From the human T2T-CHM13v2.0 reference genome, Homo sapiens, in NCBI RefSeq assembly GCF_009914755.1, contig NC_060927.1: a stretch of DNA of 64,000 bases, one strand, 5' to 3'. Positions 1-11,500 of this stretch are shown piece after piece. Numbering within the stretch: the first letter of the stretch is position 1; each line of letters begins with the position of its first letter. The notes under the pieces were generated by a model. It saw only the letters and a program-made list of their open reading frames with translations. It made no database searches and had not been told where the DNA came from. Made by a program: the position numbers and the translations under genes.

Positions 1-329
1 CTTCTTTAAGAAGGATTTTATTTAATTAAAATATTTTAAATTAGGAAACAGTGCCACTAGTCTATTGGGAGTCATATGCATCTTTAAGAGCCAGTAAAAG
101 CATTTTCAGGATAGAGCTTGAGCTGATGGCACTGGGTTGAGGTAAAATTTTTTTCACAGTGTCTGGGCAATCAATGTAATTTCTCTTTCTATGATGCTCA
201 GGGGAATTACATGCCTGTAGTATTACTAGACAGGAAACTATGCAGTGGGATACAGGCAAGTATAAGAAAGGGCCTTAAATGACACCTCAGATCTGGAAAA
301 GTCAAGTTTAACTGTTCCTTATTTGTCTC

Positions 330-850
330 AAGAAAGAGAAAAGCAGCTTCTGACAGCCAGGAGCTGGCCTGGAGCTCACAAGTTAGCCTTAGTGTTCTGT
401 TAATATAAACAACTTTGCAGAACACCAACATCAGACAAGGGCACTTTGTGTGATGGATCAGGACAAAACAAGACCACCATAATAATCATGTCTGAACGCA
501 GACTAAATATGCACATTGTCCAAACCATAAAATGTCTGAATATTTCCTCAGCCTGGCCAATATGAATAATGATGCTTACTTTATTCCTCCCTCTTCCTAG
601 ATGATATTTATTGAGATGCCTAAAAATAAAATTACGCCTGTTTTGTGACAGCATTCCAATCCAGAGCAAAGTTCTGTTTCCCTAAAACCACCTCCAAATC
701 ACCTAACACCTGCCCAAATAAAGCCCTTTCTAGTCCCTTCTTGTGAGACACCTCATGATTCTCCATAGCATAGAGTCTTCCTAGCTGTAACATGTAAATA
801 AACCCACCTTTGCTCAACTATATGTGTGTTCCTTTTAGTCTTGGCTGTAA
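330..850 (+). mobile_element. Old ERV solo LTR, family uncertain
   Basis: LTR-like sequence (gagctggcctgg...aacaccaacatcagacaagg...gatggatcaggacaaaacaagacc) with AATAAA near 797 followed by a GT-rich U5-like tail. Recognised from memory only. Confidence 0.55.
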
Positions 851-2659
851 GTGGTTGATGCTCCATAGAATTTCTCTCTATATTATTATGTACACTGAAG
901 TTAACTTCAGTGAAAAAGTCTTTTTCTTATTTTCTCCCACATCTAAATATTTTCTATGCCATCTTTACCCCAAATTTATTGCTACACTTTCCTGAATTCA
1001 CTAATTCTCCCTCTGAAATCTCATAAAAACCTAATGTAGGAAACAAAATTAACTCTATTTTTTCTATCTGTAGTATTTTCACATTTTTGATCTCAGTAAT
1101 TACACAGGATGCCTCAGGGCACAGATGAGTTTATAATTATCTTTACTACTCATTGAGAAATTTATTACCTGAATTAGCAGTGATGACAAGGACATGTAGA
1201 TCAGACTGACAACAGACATCAAACATGACCCAGTCAAATGACAGTAAGACTATGACAAAATGTTTAAATTTAGTACACTTTCCCTTAAATCCCAAGGAAA
1301 GCTATGTTCCCTGTTTCAGACTAAAGGGTGTCAGATAATTTGTTGGGGCAGCAACCATCTCCTCTCCCGTTCATATTATGATCTGTCAGCTTTAAGTGAC
1401 TATTTTAGCTACCACTATCCACAACAGAGAAGAAGTTTGGAAGAGGTCTACCTTGGGAACAGAATGATATGTTAAGATATGACTCTATTCGTTCTGATAT
1501 TAGTATCTTCTCTGCCACCCTCTGAAATGCCAGTTTGGTGTACTGTCATATATCCTCTGAGCCCCTCTGTGAGATCACTCACCACTCACCATCTCTCTTT
1601 CAGGTGAGTTCTGTACCTGGCTGTGGAATCAGTATCATTGTTATTCCGGGGGTAGGGTCATTTAAAGAGCCCTACACACAATTGGCTCACCACCAAGTCA
1701 AATGGTACCCACCAATAATTGGTTTCTTACTTGGGAACAGTTCCATTAACTAGACTTCTGCTTGGTTTACATTACCTACATTCCTATCTTATCTCTTTTA
1801 GATTCTGGTTTCTCCAAGACTAAGGCCTAGCCTTATTCTCATCTATTCTCTTGGAGATGGTAATCTTGTTCTTGGACCTATAATTAGGAGGCTGTATTGT
1901 TGGCTGACAGATTTCCCCAAATGTCCATGGTTGATTTACATTGGACTTTTTTAGTTGCTGTGTTCTACCAACCTCCAATGTTTGTTTACTACTTCTGCTG
2001 TTGACCTTCTATTTTACTGTTTCCCATAATCATAAGCCTCAGACATTCCACCCCGCCAACCTGTCCTTCCTCCCATTGGCTATTACTGGTTCCATGCCCA
2101 AATTGTAGTAGTATTGCTAGATTCAATTCTCTTTGAGTCTGATATATTTAACATCAATTGTATTAGTACAGTTCCTATTTTTAAATCTTTTCTTTCCATT
2201 TCTTGGCCTCAGTTAGAGAGATGTGCTTCTGAGAAAGAAGAATCAACAGATACAGGTGCATTTGGGAGAGAGGGTTTTAAATTTGAATCACTGAGAGAAT
2301 GTTAAGGCCAATCTGGTTACACTTGTAGAGATAATGGTCAGGTGATGTCTCAGATAAAGACATAGGATTGGAGCCAGGAATGGAGTCAAGATTGTACTTA
2401 CTTGGGAAGTAAGAATTTGGAATTTAAGAATTTAAGAAGTTGGAAGTAGAACTTGGAATTTGATGGATATGAACAAGGAGTTAAGATTTCATGATAAAGA
2501 AAGTAATATGCTTACAGTGATCTTTAAGGATTAATGATAAGACAGTGGTAATATAAATCAGGTGGTTACCTGGATAGAGGTCAGGATTGAAGTCATTAGA
2601 GGGAATGAGTTTTCTGATACAGAGTCTACAAGGATAATATTGACTTGAATCTTGGATTG

Positions 2660-3600
2660 AGGTCATGTTAGGGGACAGAAAGAAAAAAACTAGACCCAGA
2701 ATGGCAAAAGAAAAGCTAGAAAACAGCAGAAATAAATCCAGAATATACTGCTCATTGAAGCTAAGAAAAAGGAATATTTTAAGAAGGTGTCAAAGCCAAA
2801 ATGCACCAACAGTTAAGGAGATGATTTTACTTAATCTGTTGCAAGAGACTCCAGATCTCAAGATCATGTCTTGGCAGGGTGGTTTTCCATTAGACTTTTA
2901 TAGGAAGGAGTAGACAAGTTATAGGTCAGGTAATTTTGTGTTGTTTTGCAATCAGGGGAAGTCCAGTCAACTAAACAGGATTTGTTTCTCTGTGTGTGTA
3001 GCTCCTTTCAAAGGAAAAAATTCTAATCTCAGCTAAACATCCATGAGACAAAGAATGGAAAGTTAAGAGTATCTGTATCTATTTTTGTCAGCAGTTTCAG
3101 GCAAAAGGGGAAAGGTCTATATTTGCCCTTGTTACAGGTAAAGAAGGGGATCATCTCTGAGTCTTACGGGAGTCCTGAGAAAGAGTTGACGCAAGTCATA
3201 TGGAGAAGAGTGTTCTTCAAGGTTAGCCATTTCCTGGAGTACAAAAAGATGTGGGAGATTTAAGAAAGCAAAAGGCTAAGGAACTTTCCTAATTGTTGAT
3301 GTTTTCTGGAGTACAGTGCTCAGGTAAAGGTCAACAGTCAAAATAAAGAGTACTTAAGGAAAGATAAAGAACAATGGTAAATGAGAAAAGGCCTTAGGAT
3401 TGGGAATATGTATATTTATGAAATCAAGGAGAACACTGTTATTAAAAACAGTAAAGCTAAAATTCAGTTCACAGAGAAATAAGGAAGGTGAGGAAAAGAT
3501 GGCACAATTCCAGTTTATTTTTTAGTGAAGTTTTATGATTGAAGAGGAAAATAAGATGTTTGTAACTTTATGAGGAAAGAGGCTATTTTTGCCTTTTTGA
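2660..3600 (-). mobile_element. Degenerate L2 fragment interrupted by an old solo LTR (~2788-3336)
   Basis: Purine-rich L2-antisense-like sequence on both sides. The inserted segment ends in ...gctcaggtaaaggtcaaca (3336), an LTR-like terminus. Confidence 0.4.
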
Positions 3601-3639
3601 AGGGCTATCATGTGCCAGAGAATATATTTGAGATATATT

Positions 3640-3850
3640 TGTTCTGTGTTATTCCAGAAGACAGAACTCCATAGAAACTTAGAGGGAGTAGATTTCAGCT
3701 GAGTATCTGGAATAATTTACAGAAGAGCTGGAATGCCTGTTAAAGTAGAGGCTGTCCCTCTGCCTGGGGTATCATAGGGGATTCCTGCATTAGGTGGGGA
3801 AATGCTAGAGGATCTCCACAGCCTCTTTCTACTCTGAAGTTTCTGTATGT
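3640..3850 (+). mobile_element. L3/CR1 3' end fragment
   Basis: Contains ...agatttcagctgagt...ggattcctgcattaggtggg...ctctttctactctgaagtttctgtatg, which resembles the CR1/L3 3' terminus. Confidence 0.5.
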
Positions 3851-6800
3851 ATTCTGATTGCTTTCAAATAAATAGGATTTTGAAATAAGGTAGATAATAA
3901 ATAGGAGGCAGTTTTAGATGTAAAGTATGTCTTGGAAAATGGCTTTATTGGAGAGAAAAAAACATTGGGTTCAGAAAAGTGAGGCATGATTTTTCAAATG
4001 GCTGTATTATATGATAGGCAGAGCGTACATGACTCTATAGAGCTATCCTCTAAAAACACGGACTCTCCGTGACTCTTTGTTCTTTAACTGTTTATTGTTA
4101 TAGTGTTCCCAAATAGTCAAATCTATAACATTCTTTGCCACTAAAAATAAGTAAACAGCTTGGAGATCTTTGACTGAAAAATAAAAAATCAGTACAAATA
4201 CTAATATCACTTTTTCAATATAGTTCTGGTTGTGTTCCAGTGAGTGCTATTGATTCCTAAAGTGATTTTTTACTCAAAAGCAGCACCATAATTTGACAGG
4301 CCCCAGGAAGCCAAGGCACACAATGACTGCAAAATGAGTTGTCCCAGTAAGAGATGGAGATTGCATTTATTTACACACATGCAAGTATATAATGCAAGGC
4401 TTTTTTGTTATAACAATATTTTAAAAATTAACTCCCAAACTGAGTTAAATCTTCACAGTTGGCTTTTTAACATTCTGCTGGCACTGGAGGTGAAGGGGGT
4501 GATAGATGGGAGGAATTATCTACACTTTTATTTCCTCTTCCTCAGGATAGTGCAACGATCTCTTAAATTCTTAGATATGATAGCATTTGTAGTAATTTTA
4601 GCTATCTCTGGATTTTCATTCTCCAGTAACTCTTATGCCATTTTGCCTATGAAGCCTACCATAATCAAATGCTAACTATTCAACCTTAGTTACTAATTTT
4701 AGAGGTCTCCACTTATTTTCTTTCTGCATAAAATATCCACTTCACCTCCCGCAATTTGAACATAACATGTTAGAATTTGATAAAACAGTAATCCTCAGCC
4801 ATGATTCTGCAAGCCTCCAGAGTATCTAAAATTACTTTTGGTAGGCCTTAAAGCAAAATTATATTGAATTACCTTGCATTTCTCAAACAAAAATAGCAAT
4901 GGAGGGAAGGAAGAAAGAAGGGAGAGAGGATTGGAGTAATACAGTACATTTAGGACTCTGGGAAGAGATGCAAGTTAAAATCAAGCAGATTTTACTCATT
5001 CCCCAAGGCTATGAAAGGCAATATGATCTAATGGAGGATCGCTGAATTCTAATTAGCTGTGTGTCTTTGGACAAGTCACAAAAACTCTTCATCTTTAGCT
5101 TTTCTCATAGAGAATAAGGAACTGAAATCAGATCATCTCTAAGGTCTCCTTCAGCTTCTGTTACTTTGTAATTTCATGAACAACTACAAGCTGAGTCTGT
5201 GACGGTATATACAGATTTTGTATTTTTGTCCTGATTTATGTGGCTTAGCCATTTGCTTTGATAAAATTAACAAGACAACTGCCAAGTCTCTAGTTTACTT
5301 TGTGCTGTGTAGATACAGCCATAAGGGAAAATTAAACAACAAAGATAAATAATTGTCTGGCTAATCTCAAGTACTACCCAAACACATCATGCCGAACCAC
5401 GGCAAGGCATGAGCTGAATGAATATGACTCATAAATGCAGTGCTTTTATTTAAAAATTTAAATGTTACCCAAGCAGTAGATATAAATAGGAAATATTTTT
5501 AGGCAGCTGTAGTCACTATTGGTGTCATTCTTACAGAGCTAAAATTATGTCTGGCTTTAGTTTCTGTATTTTAACCCTGGTGTCAGATAATTAAATCATT
5601 TAATCAAATATCAGATCATGGGATTTGGCAAACCTAGATCTGCTTTTGCTTTTAAAGGTAAATATTGGAAATACCAACTTTATAATAAGGAATATTAACT
5701 CATCATATATTAAAACATTTAAAATCATTTATTGAATTTTTAAATGGAAATCAGTATAACTGAAAGATAGTTGGTTAACTTTCTCAAAGTCTGGCAGGCA
5801 GGAATTACTACAGTAACACTTTTATGATTGATCTCATTAGATGAGATCTAGGGTGACATTGTTGAAAATAATGGGTATAATAGAAATACCAAAACATAAA
5901 AAACCCAAACTTTTGAAAAGGCCGGTACAATGCCTAAGCAATCATTCAATGAATATGAAAAACTGAGAAGGAAAAGCTAAGAAAGTAGATTCAATAAAAA
6001 ATTACCAACAAACATGATTAGCCTGTTTAATTTTTCCTCACCTCTTAAGTATGGACCTAAATAATTAACATCAAATACACGAGGTATAATTTTTTGAAAA
6101 TTATTAACTTCCTCCAAAATGCAGCAGGAGGAATTGTAGAAAATCCTTCGTGGAGGGTGGAGGTCGGTGCTAACTTCAATCATGTTTGAACAAGATTCCA
6201 AAAGAAGTATGACGTCTCTTTGCCTAGAAAACTTTCAAGAGAACAGCCACTTCCTACCCCATTCTGATTCCTTATTCTTCAAAGTCTGCTGGGATTCCCT
6301 ATTTGAGAACGCCCAGAAACGAGAGTGTTTTGCATAAGTAGAAAGAAGAACCCCATCAGCGCAGTCTTCTCAAAGGATTTTTCCTTCATCATATGCCTGT
6401 CCCCAAATAACTTCAGTACTTCCTGGAAATGAGAACTTTCTCACAAAAAAAGCTGAAAAATCTCATTGCATCTTACCGTTTTCCTGAAACTTAAGGAATC
6501 AATTATTAAAAAGAAGTCTTAGGGTCCTTTTCAAGTATAGGATTCCAGCATTATGATTAAACAAGGGAATTTTTCTTGAAGTTGGATGGAGTGTCTTAAG
6601 CCTGGAGAATTGCCATCCTCTCTGTAACTTGCCTATTGGATGCAAGGTTTACTACCCAGCTGGGGGTAGGCTGTGACTTGGCCTTTTACTCATTCAGTAT
6701 GGTAAACATAGTTTTTCTACAAATGAAGCTAGCTCAAAGATAAGGTTTTTGTTTGTTTAATCAACTGGCTGCTATTCTTTAGATGTGAAATAGAGAAGGC

Positions 6801-7139
6801 TGTTCTGCTTTGAAATACCATCGATATCAGAAAGGTCTTTGCCCTTGAAGGCATTACTGCTTAGTAGCCTTGATTCTTGTATTACTGAATCATGACTTCT
6901 CTTCTTTGCTGCCCTTCAAGTTTGGCCGATGGTCACCTTTGCCTTTGTGATCATTTTTGGACTTTGGTCTCTGACTTCAAAGCCGTTTTCAAAAAACTAT
7001 TCTTTTTTTCACTCCACAAGCAGAAACTTTACAAGTCAGAGACTCTTCTCTTTCTTTGTCAGGATATTTGAAGACAGTTTCTCTTTGGCTGTGAGTTATG
7101 ATTGGATAAGCATAAGTTAGAAGAGAAAAGGTTGAAGAT

Positions 7140-7540
7140 AACTCATTTATTAGGCATTCATGTGAGCAAAGAAGTGGCATTTTAAAATGTTTATTGTCAT
7201 TTAATGTTCATCACAAATTTATGAGGTAGATATTATTATTCCTATTTTACTTATGAAGAAATGGAAAAGCAGCAAAGATACATTTTGATTACCTATATGT
7301 GAAACCTCTTGGCACAATGCTTGGCACATAGTAAACATTAATCAATGTTAGGTCCCTTCTAGTCATATTATAATGGCCAACACTTATAAGCGCTTACTTA
7401 AATATGTCATTTATTGATATGGACTTTAAATGAACACATTTAATTGTCATAACAACCCCATGAGGTGGGTACCAATATTATGAAAAATTAGGCAGTGAGA
7501 GGTTAAGTAATTTACTCAAGGTCATAGTGTCAGAAGTAGA
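7140..7540. mobile_element. MIR fragments
   Basis: MIR core motifs: tattattattcctattttac, cttggcacatagtaa, gagaggttaagtaatttactcaaggtca. Confidence 0.6.
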
Positions 7541-7542
7541 AT

Positions 7543-7853
7543 TTATTTATTTGTTTGTTTGTTATTTATTTGTTTCTATTTGAGGCAGGCTCTTGCTCTG
7601 TCACCAAGGCTGGAGTGCAGTGGCTCACTGCAGCCTTGACCTCCCAGGCTCAAGTGATCCTCTCACCTCAGCCTCCCAAGTAGCTGGGACGACAGGTACA
7701 TGCCACCATGCCCAGCTAATTTTTTTAATTATTTGTAGAGGCTGAGTCTCCCTATGTTGCCTAGGTTGGTCTTGAACTCCTGGGCTCAAGTGATCCTCCT
7801 ACCTCAGCCTCCCAAAGTGCTGAGATTACAGGCATCAGCCACTGCACTCAGCC
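7543..7853 (-). mobile_element. AluJ
   Basis: Reverse Alu dimer with AluJ-type cagccttgacctcccaggctcaagtgatcc and a decayed T-rich tail. Confidence 0.92.
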
Positions 7854-8253
7854 TGAGAGACAGAATTTAAATGTAAACACTCTGGCTCTAGAATCAACTC
7901 TCTTAACTACTACTTTGCGCATCTAAAAATAGTTATGCTTATAGTAGATATCTATTTCTTACTTTTTCTTTATATATGAAGACTTGGTTATAAAATTAGA
8001 AGATAGGTATAAAATTAAAGTTAGCAAAAAAATGGAGAATGATGGGATAATGATTTTCATGGCTATGAAACAGAATAGCATTGGGGTTCCTTTTTATAAT
8101 CCAATATTTTTAAATTTACAAACTTTTGCTATTTCCTTTGATCATGGTAACATTATAGGACCACAGGTTTTCTTCCCGAGGTAATTGAGGTGACTTTAAT
8201 TACTTTGGTGACATCTACATGTCACAAAGCATTCAAGATATATATATTGGGAT

Positions 8254-8290
8254 ACACACACACATATATATACACACACACACATATATA
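8254..8290. repeat. (CA)n/(TA)n compound microsatellite
   Basis: Directly visible. Confidence 0.85.
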
Positions 8291-8679
8291 CCAAGTATCT
8301 AGAAACATACTTTCCAGGCATGTTTCTAGGTACTTGGTATTCACTGGTGAACAAAATAAAAGAAATCTCTGCTTTTGTGGAGTTAAAACACCAACAAATG
8401 TATACTTTTCTTTTGAGAAGTTAGTCCACAGTCAACTGAAGAAGACTAAAAAGATACCACAAACTATGATATAATGCAAGGCATATAACTTCCATATGAG
8501 AATGAAGTGATGAATTCTGTTTAGTGTAAGTTTGGAGGTTGAAAATGTAGTTGAGCTGGGTCATAGGAATTATAAGCAGTAAATCCAAATGAGTCAAACT
8601 TGAAGATTTACTACATCCTTCACTGATATCATTGGCTGGTCTGCCTCCCAACTCCAGTTTTTAATTTTTGGTTAAAGAG

Positions 8680-9090
8680 CTATCTTTGGTCCAGATCTCC
8701 ATAATCAAAGTCCAAGAAGGGAATTCTTGTGCATATAATTTATTGGTGCAAACTTATAAGAGAGTGAGAGAAAAGAGGATAGAGCAGAGGAAGATACCAG
8801 GCAAAGACGAGAGTTCAGGGGAAATGTCTCAGCCTGATCCAACAGAGAGCTCTGAAGCACAAACTGCACCATAGAGGTTGTTTTGTCCAAAAGCAAGGGT
8901 ACTGGAGTGGAGTCATGGTAGGCAGAGGGGCATGACCCCTCAGGAACCAGGTTGAGGTGGCTCCTATTTTCTATACCTTACCCAAGTGGCAGGTGGGGCT
9001 GTTAGCAGCCAACACCTCTGGCAGCTGGGGGATGGGAGCATGGACCTGGTAAAGAAGATCTGAGAGGGGCACCAACAGCATCTACTACAA
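8680..9090. mobile_element. Old MaLR/ERVL-type LTR
   Basis: Ends in ggggcaccaacagcatctactaca, with an upstream aatttattgg motif typical of old ERVL/MaLR LTRs. Family uncertain. Confidence 0.5.
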
Positions 9091-11470
9091 GGAATGTAGG
9101 ACATCTGAAAGGCACGTGGAGAGATGTAGAGTTGTAGAATATTTGAGTGGCAAGTGAGGGAACAGATGATATTGACAACTGGCTGGGTTTTTTTTTTTTT
9201 TTTTTTTGCTATCTCTTTTTGCTTTGGTGGGACATTTATAAAATCTGAAATAGGTATTATTTATTTTTACTTCACTGAAAAATCTTAAATGCTAGTAGTT
9301 TAAATTTAGTAAAATAGAAAAAGCAGCACTGTCATTCAGAACCCCAGATTTAAAGTTAGTTCTTGTAGGCAAGTATGAGACTGCCTTTTATTTTGATTAG
9401 TTTTGATTAATGGGAACCTCTTTCATTTTAAGTCAGAGTCCACAAATTTACATGTCTTACTCCAGACGCCCTGCCTCCTCTTGCTTTTGCAGCGAGAGTT
9501 CTTTAGCATTTTTTAATGCCTTTAGGCAAAACCTGCACTCTCCAGTTCCCCACAGACCCCACTGCCAATTTTACCCTTGGCCAGATTTTCACATTAATGT
9601 TGTTTGCCTGGCCTCTTAGGCAATTGAGTTTGCGAAGGCTGGAGGCTGAAATCCCAGCTCAGATTTTCACCTAGCTGGGATTCTTCTCAACTGGGATCCT
9701 GTGGAGTGAAACGGGGAGATGTAGAATTGAAATTACTGATGTGTTTCTTGTAAACTTCTTTTCAGAGTGTTAAACACATACAATTAACATTGACTTCCTA
9801 GAATTAAAGGTTAGTAAATTGATCGTGTTCTAAAACAATAACATAAATTTGCTTATTTCACTCTAAGGCCTATGTCAAAGAATATATGCTAATGAACCAA
9901 ATCATAAAGCACTTTTTCATTTTCAAGGTGATGTACAAACATTGACTAAGTAGCTTTTTAAAATGCTAATATGAAAAAAGGTTATTACTGGATAATCAGT
10001 CATACTGTAACTGTCCTTTATAGCACTTTAAAGTCTCAAATGGCATTCTTAATTTTTACTGCATTTTGCAAGTATACATGAACATACATATATATATATA
10101 TATATACACACACATGAGCAATTGATTTTAATGTTAATTTTAAACATATGTTTTCAAGCTTTTCCAGTTTATGGCTCGATAACTTTTTCACGGCACCCCT
10201 AAACCTCTGCTTATTAGACAGTTAGGTTCAAGGAGCTTAATAATAGTATATTGCACAGTATCCAACAGATAGTTTCTCTCAAATTTCAAAATATATATTG
10301 GCACTCCTGTGAGTTCACTGTAGCACCCACGGATTCATGTGTATGGTTTGAGAACTACAATTTAAAGTGCTGATTCACTATAATGTGCCAAGCAGTGTAG
10401 ATAACTTATGGTTACCATAGAAATTGAAAGTTTCCCAAAAGTTTGCTTTCTGGGAAATCACATTCTAAGTCAACCTAGAAAAATTATTCACCTACTCTTT
10501 TTTTTTTTGTCTGTAGATATCATAGGCTATACCTTGACCTAGTTTTTACTGTGAAAATTGAGAAGTTTGAACTGAGTGAAATAAGTGTTAAAATCAAATT
10601 TTGTTTGGAGATAATTTAGATATTTTAACTCAAATATTTAAAACACGTTTATTTTAAACCTGATTAAAACTGATTTATGGAGTTTTTAAAGAGGGAGAAT
10701 AACAAAATCTTTTTCTGATTCATTGATCAGTATAAAAAAGCACTGCTATAGTTGAATATCAGTGACATGGTTCTGCTTATTCCAGTTTTTGTTTTATAAT
10801 TTGGTTTAGTTCAAATCTCTGAGAAATCCACTAAAAATTGTTTTGAACCAAATTTTCAGGATGTATAAATTGTATTTATTGAGACCAATTAGCTCTTCAA
10901 TCTCTTGCTTGTGTCCATGGTTAGAGTTCATAGCAAAAAATTTTCATTATTTAATGTCCCTTCACAGTGAAAACTGGGTAAAAAAAATAGTTAATAATAA
11001 AATTCTGTTAAAAATGAAGCCTCCCAAAGTGAAACTTAGGTTTTATGATTTTTGTCCACTCAAATTATTTAAGAACATAGCCTATTTTTTTTCCTTCTTT
11101 TCCGTTTTTATGTTTGGTAAGATAATGAAACCAAACTATCAGCTTCAATGTCTCAGTGAATCCAGCCTGCCAAGGCATAAAGATAAAGCATGTTTTTGGG
11201 TTTTGAATGTCATCTGCCCCAGTCTCCTAGAAAAATATCATACCATAAAGGAAAGATTACTGGGCTGTGAGTCAGGAGTCCTGGATTTCAGTGCTGCCTT
11301 TTTCAATTTTATGACCATAGTAGAGAAATTACCTAATTTCTTACAGCTTCAATTTTCTTATCAAAAAATTGGGTGTTAAAGTATCTCTTACGTTCCTCCA
11401 AGCTTTAGATTTCTGTGGTTATACCATATATCAAAGTTCTTAAATAAAGCTATAAATTCTTCACGGTCAT

Positions 11471-11500
11471 ATGTGTGTGTGTGTGCACGTGCATGCATGT
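11471..11500 (+). repeat. (TG)n tract with alternating purine-pyrimidine extension
   Basis: atgtgtgtgtgtgtgcacgtgcatgcatgt is directly visible. Confidence 0.85.

Noticed and set aside
1300-2300. Possible ancient ERV/LINE internal fragment
   Set aside because: The resemblance is vague, and I cannot support a family or boundaries without a Dfam search.
3121-3143. Other AG|GT sites (ttacag|gtaaag at 3137; caacag|gtaatt near 18763)
   Set aside because: They have weaker donors or poor pyrimidine tracts compared with the site at 1603, and the first lies within an LTR-like repeat.
10843-11379. 178-aa ORF as a novel gene
   Set aside because: It starts with TTG, has AT-driven F/K/L/I-rich composition, ends in MIR-like sequence and shows no recognisable domain. 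It is consistent with chance.
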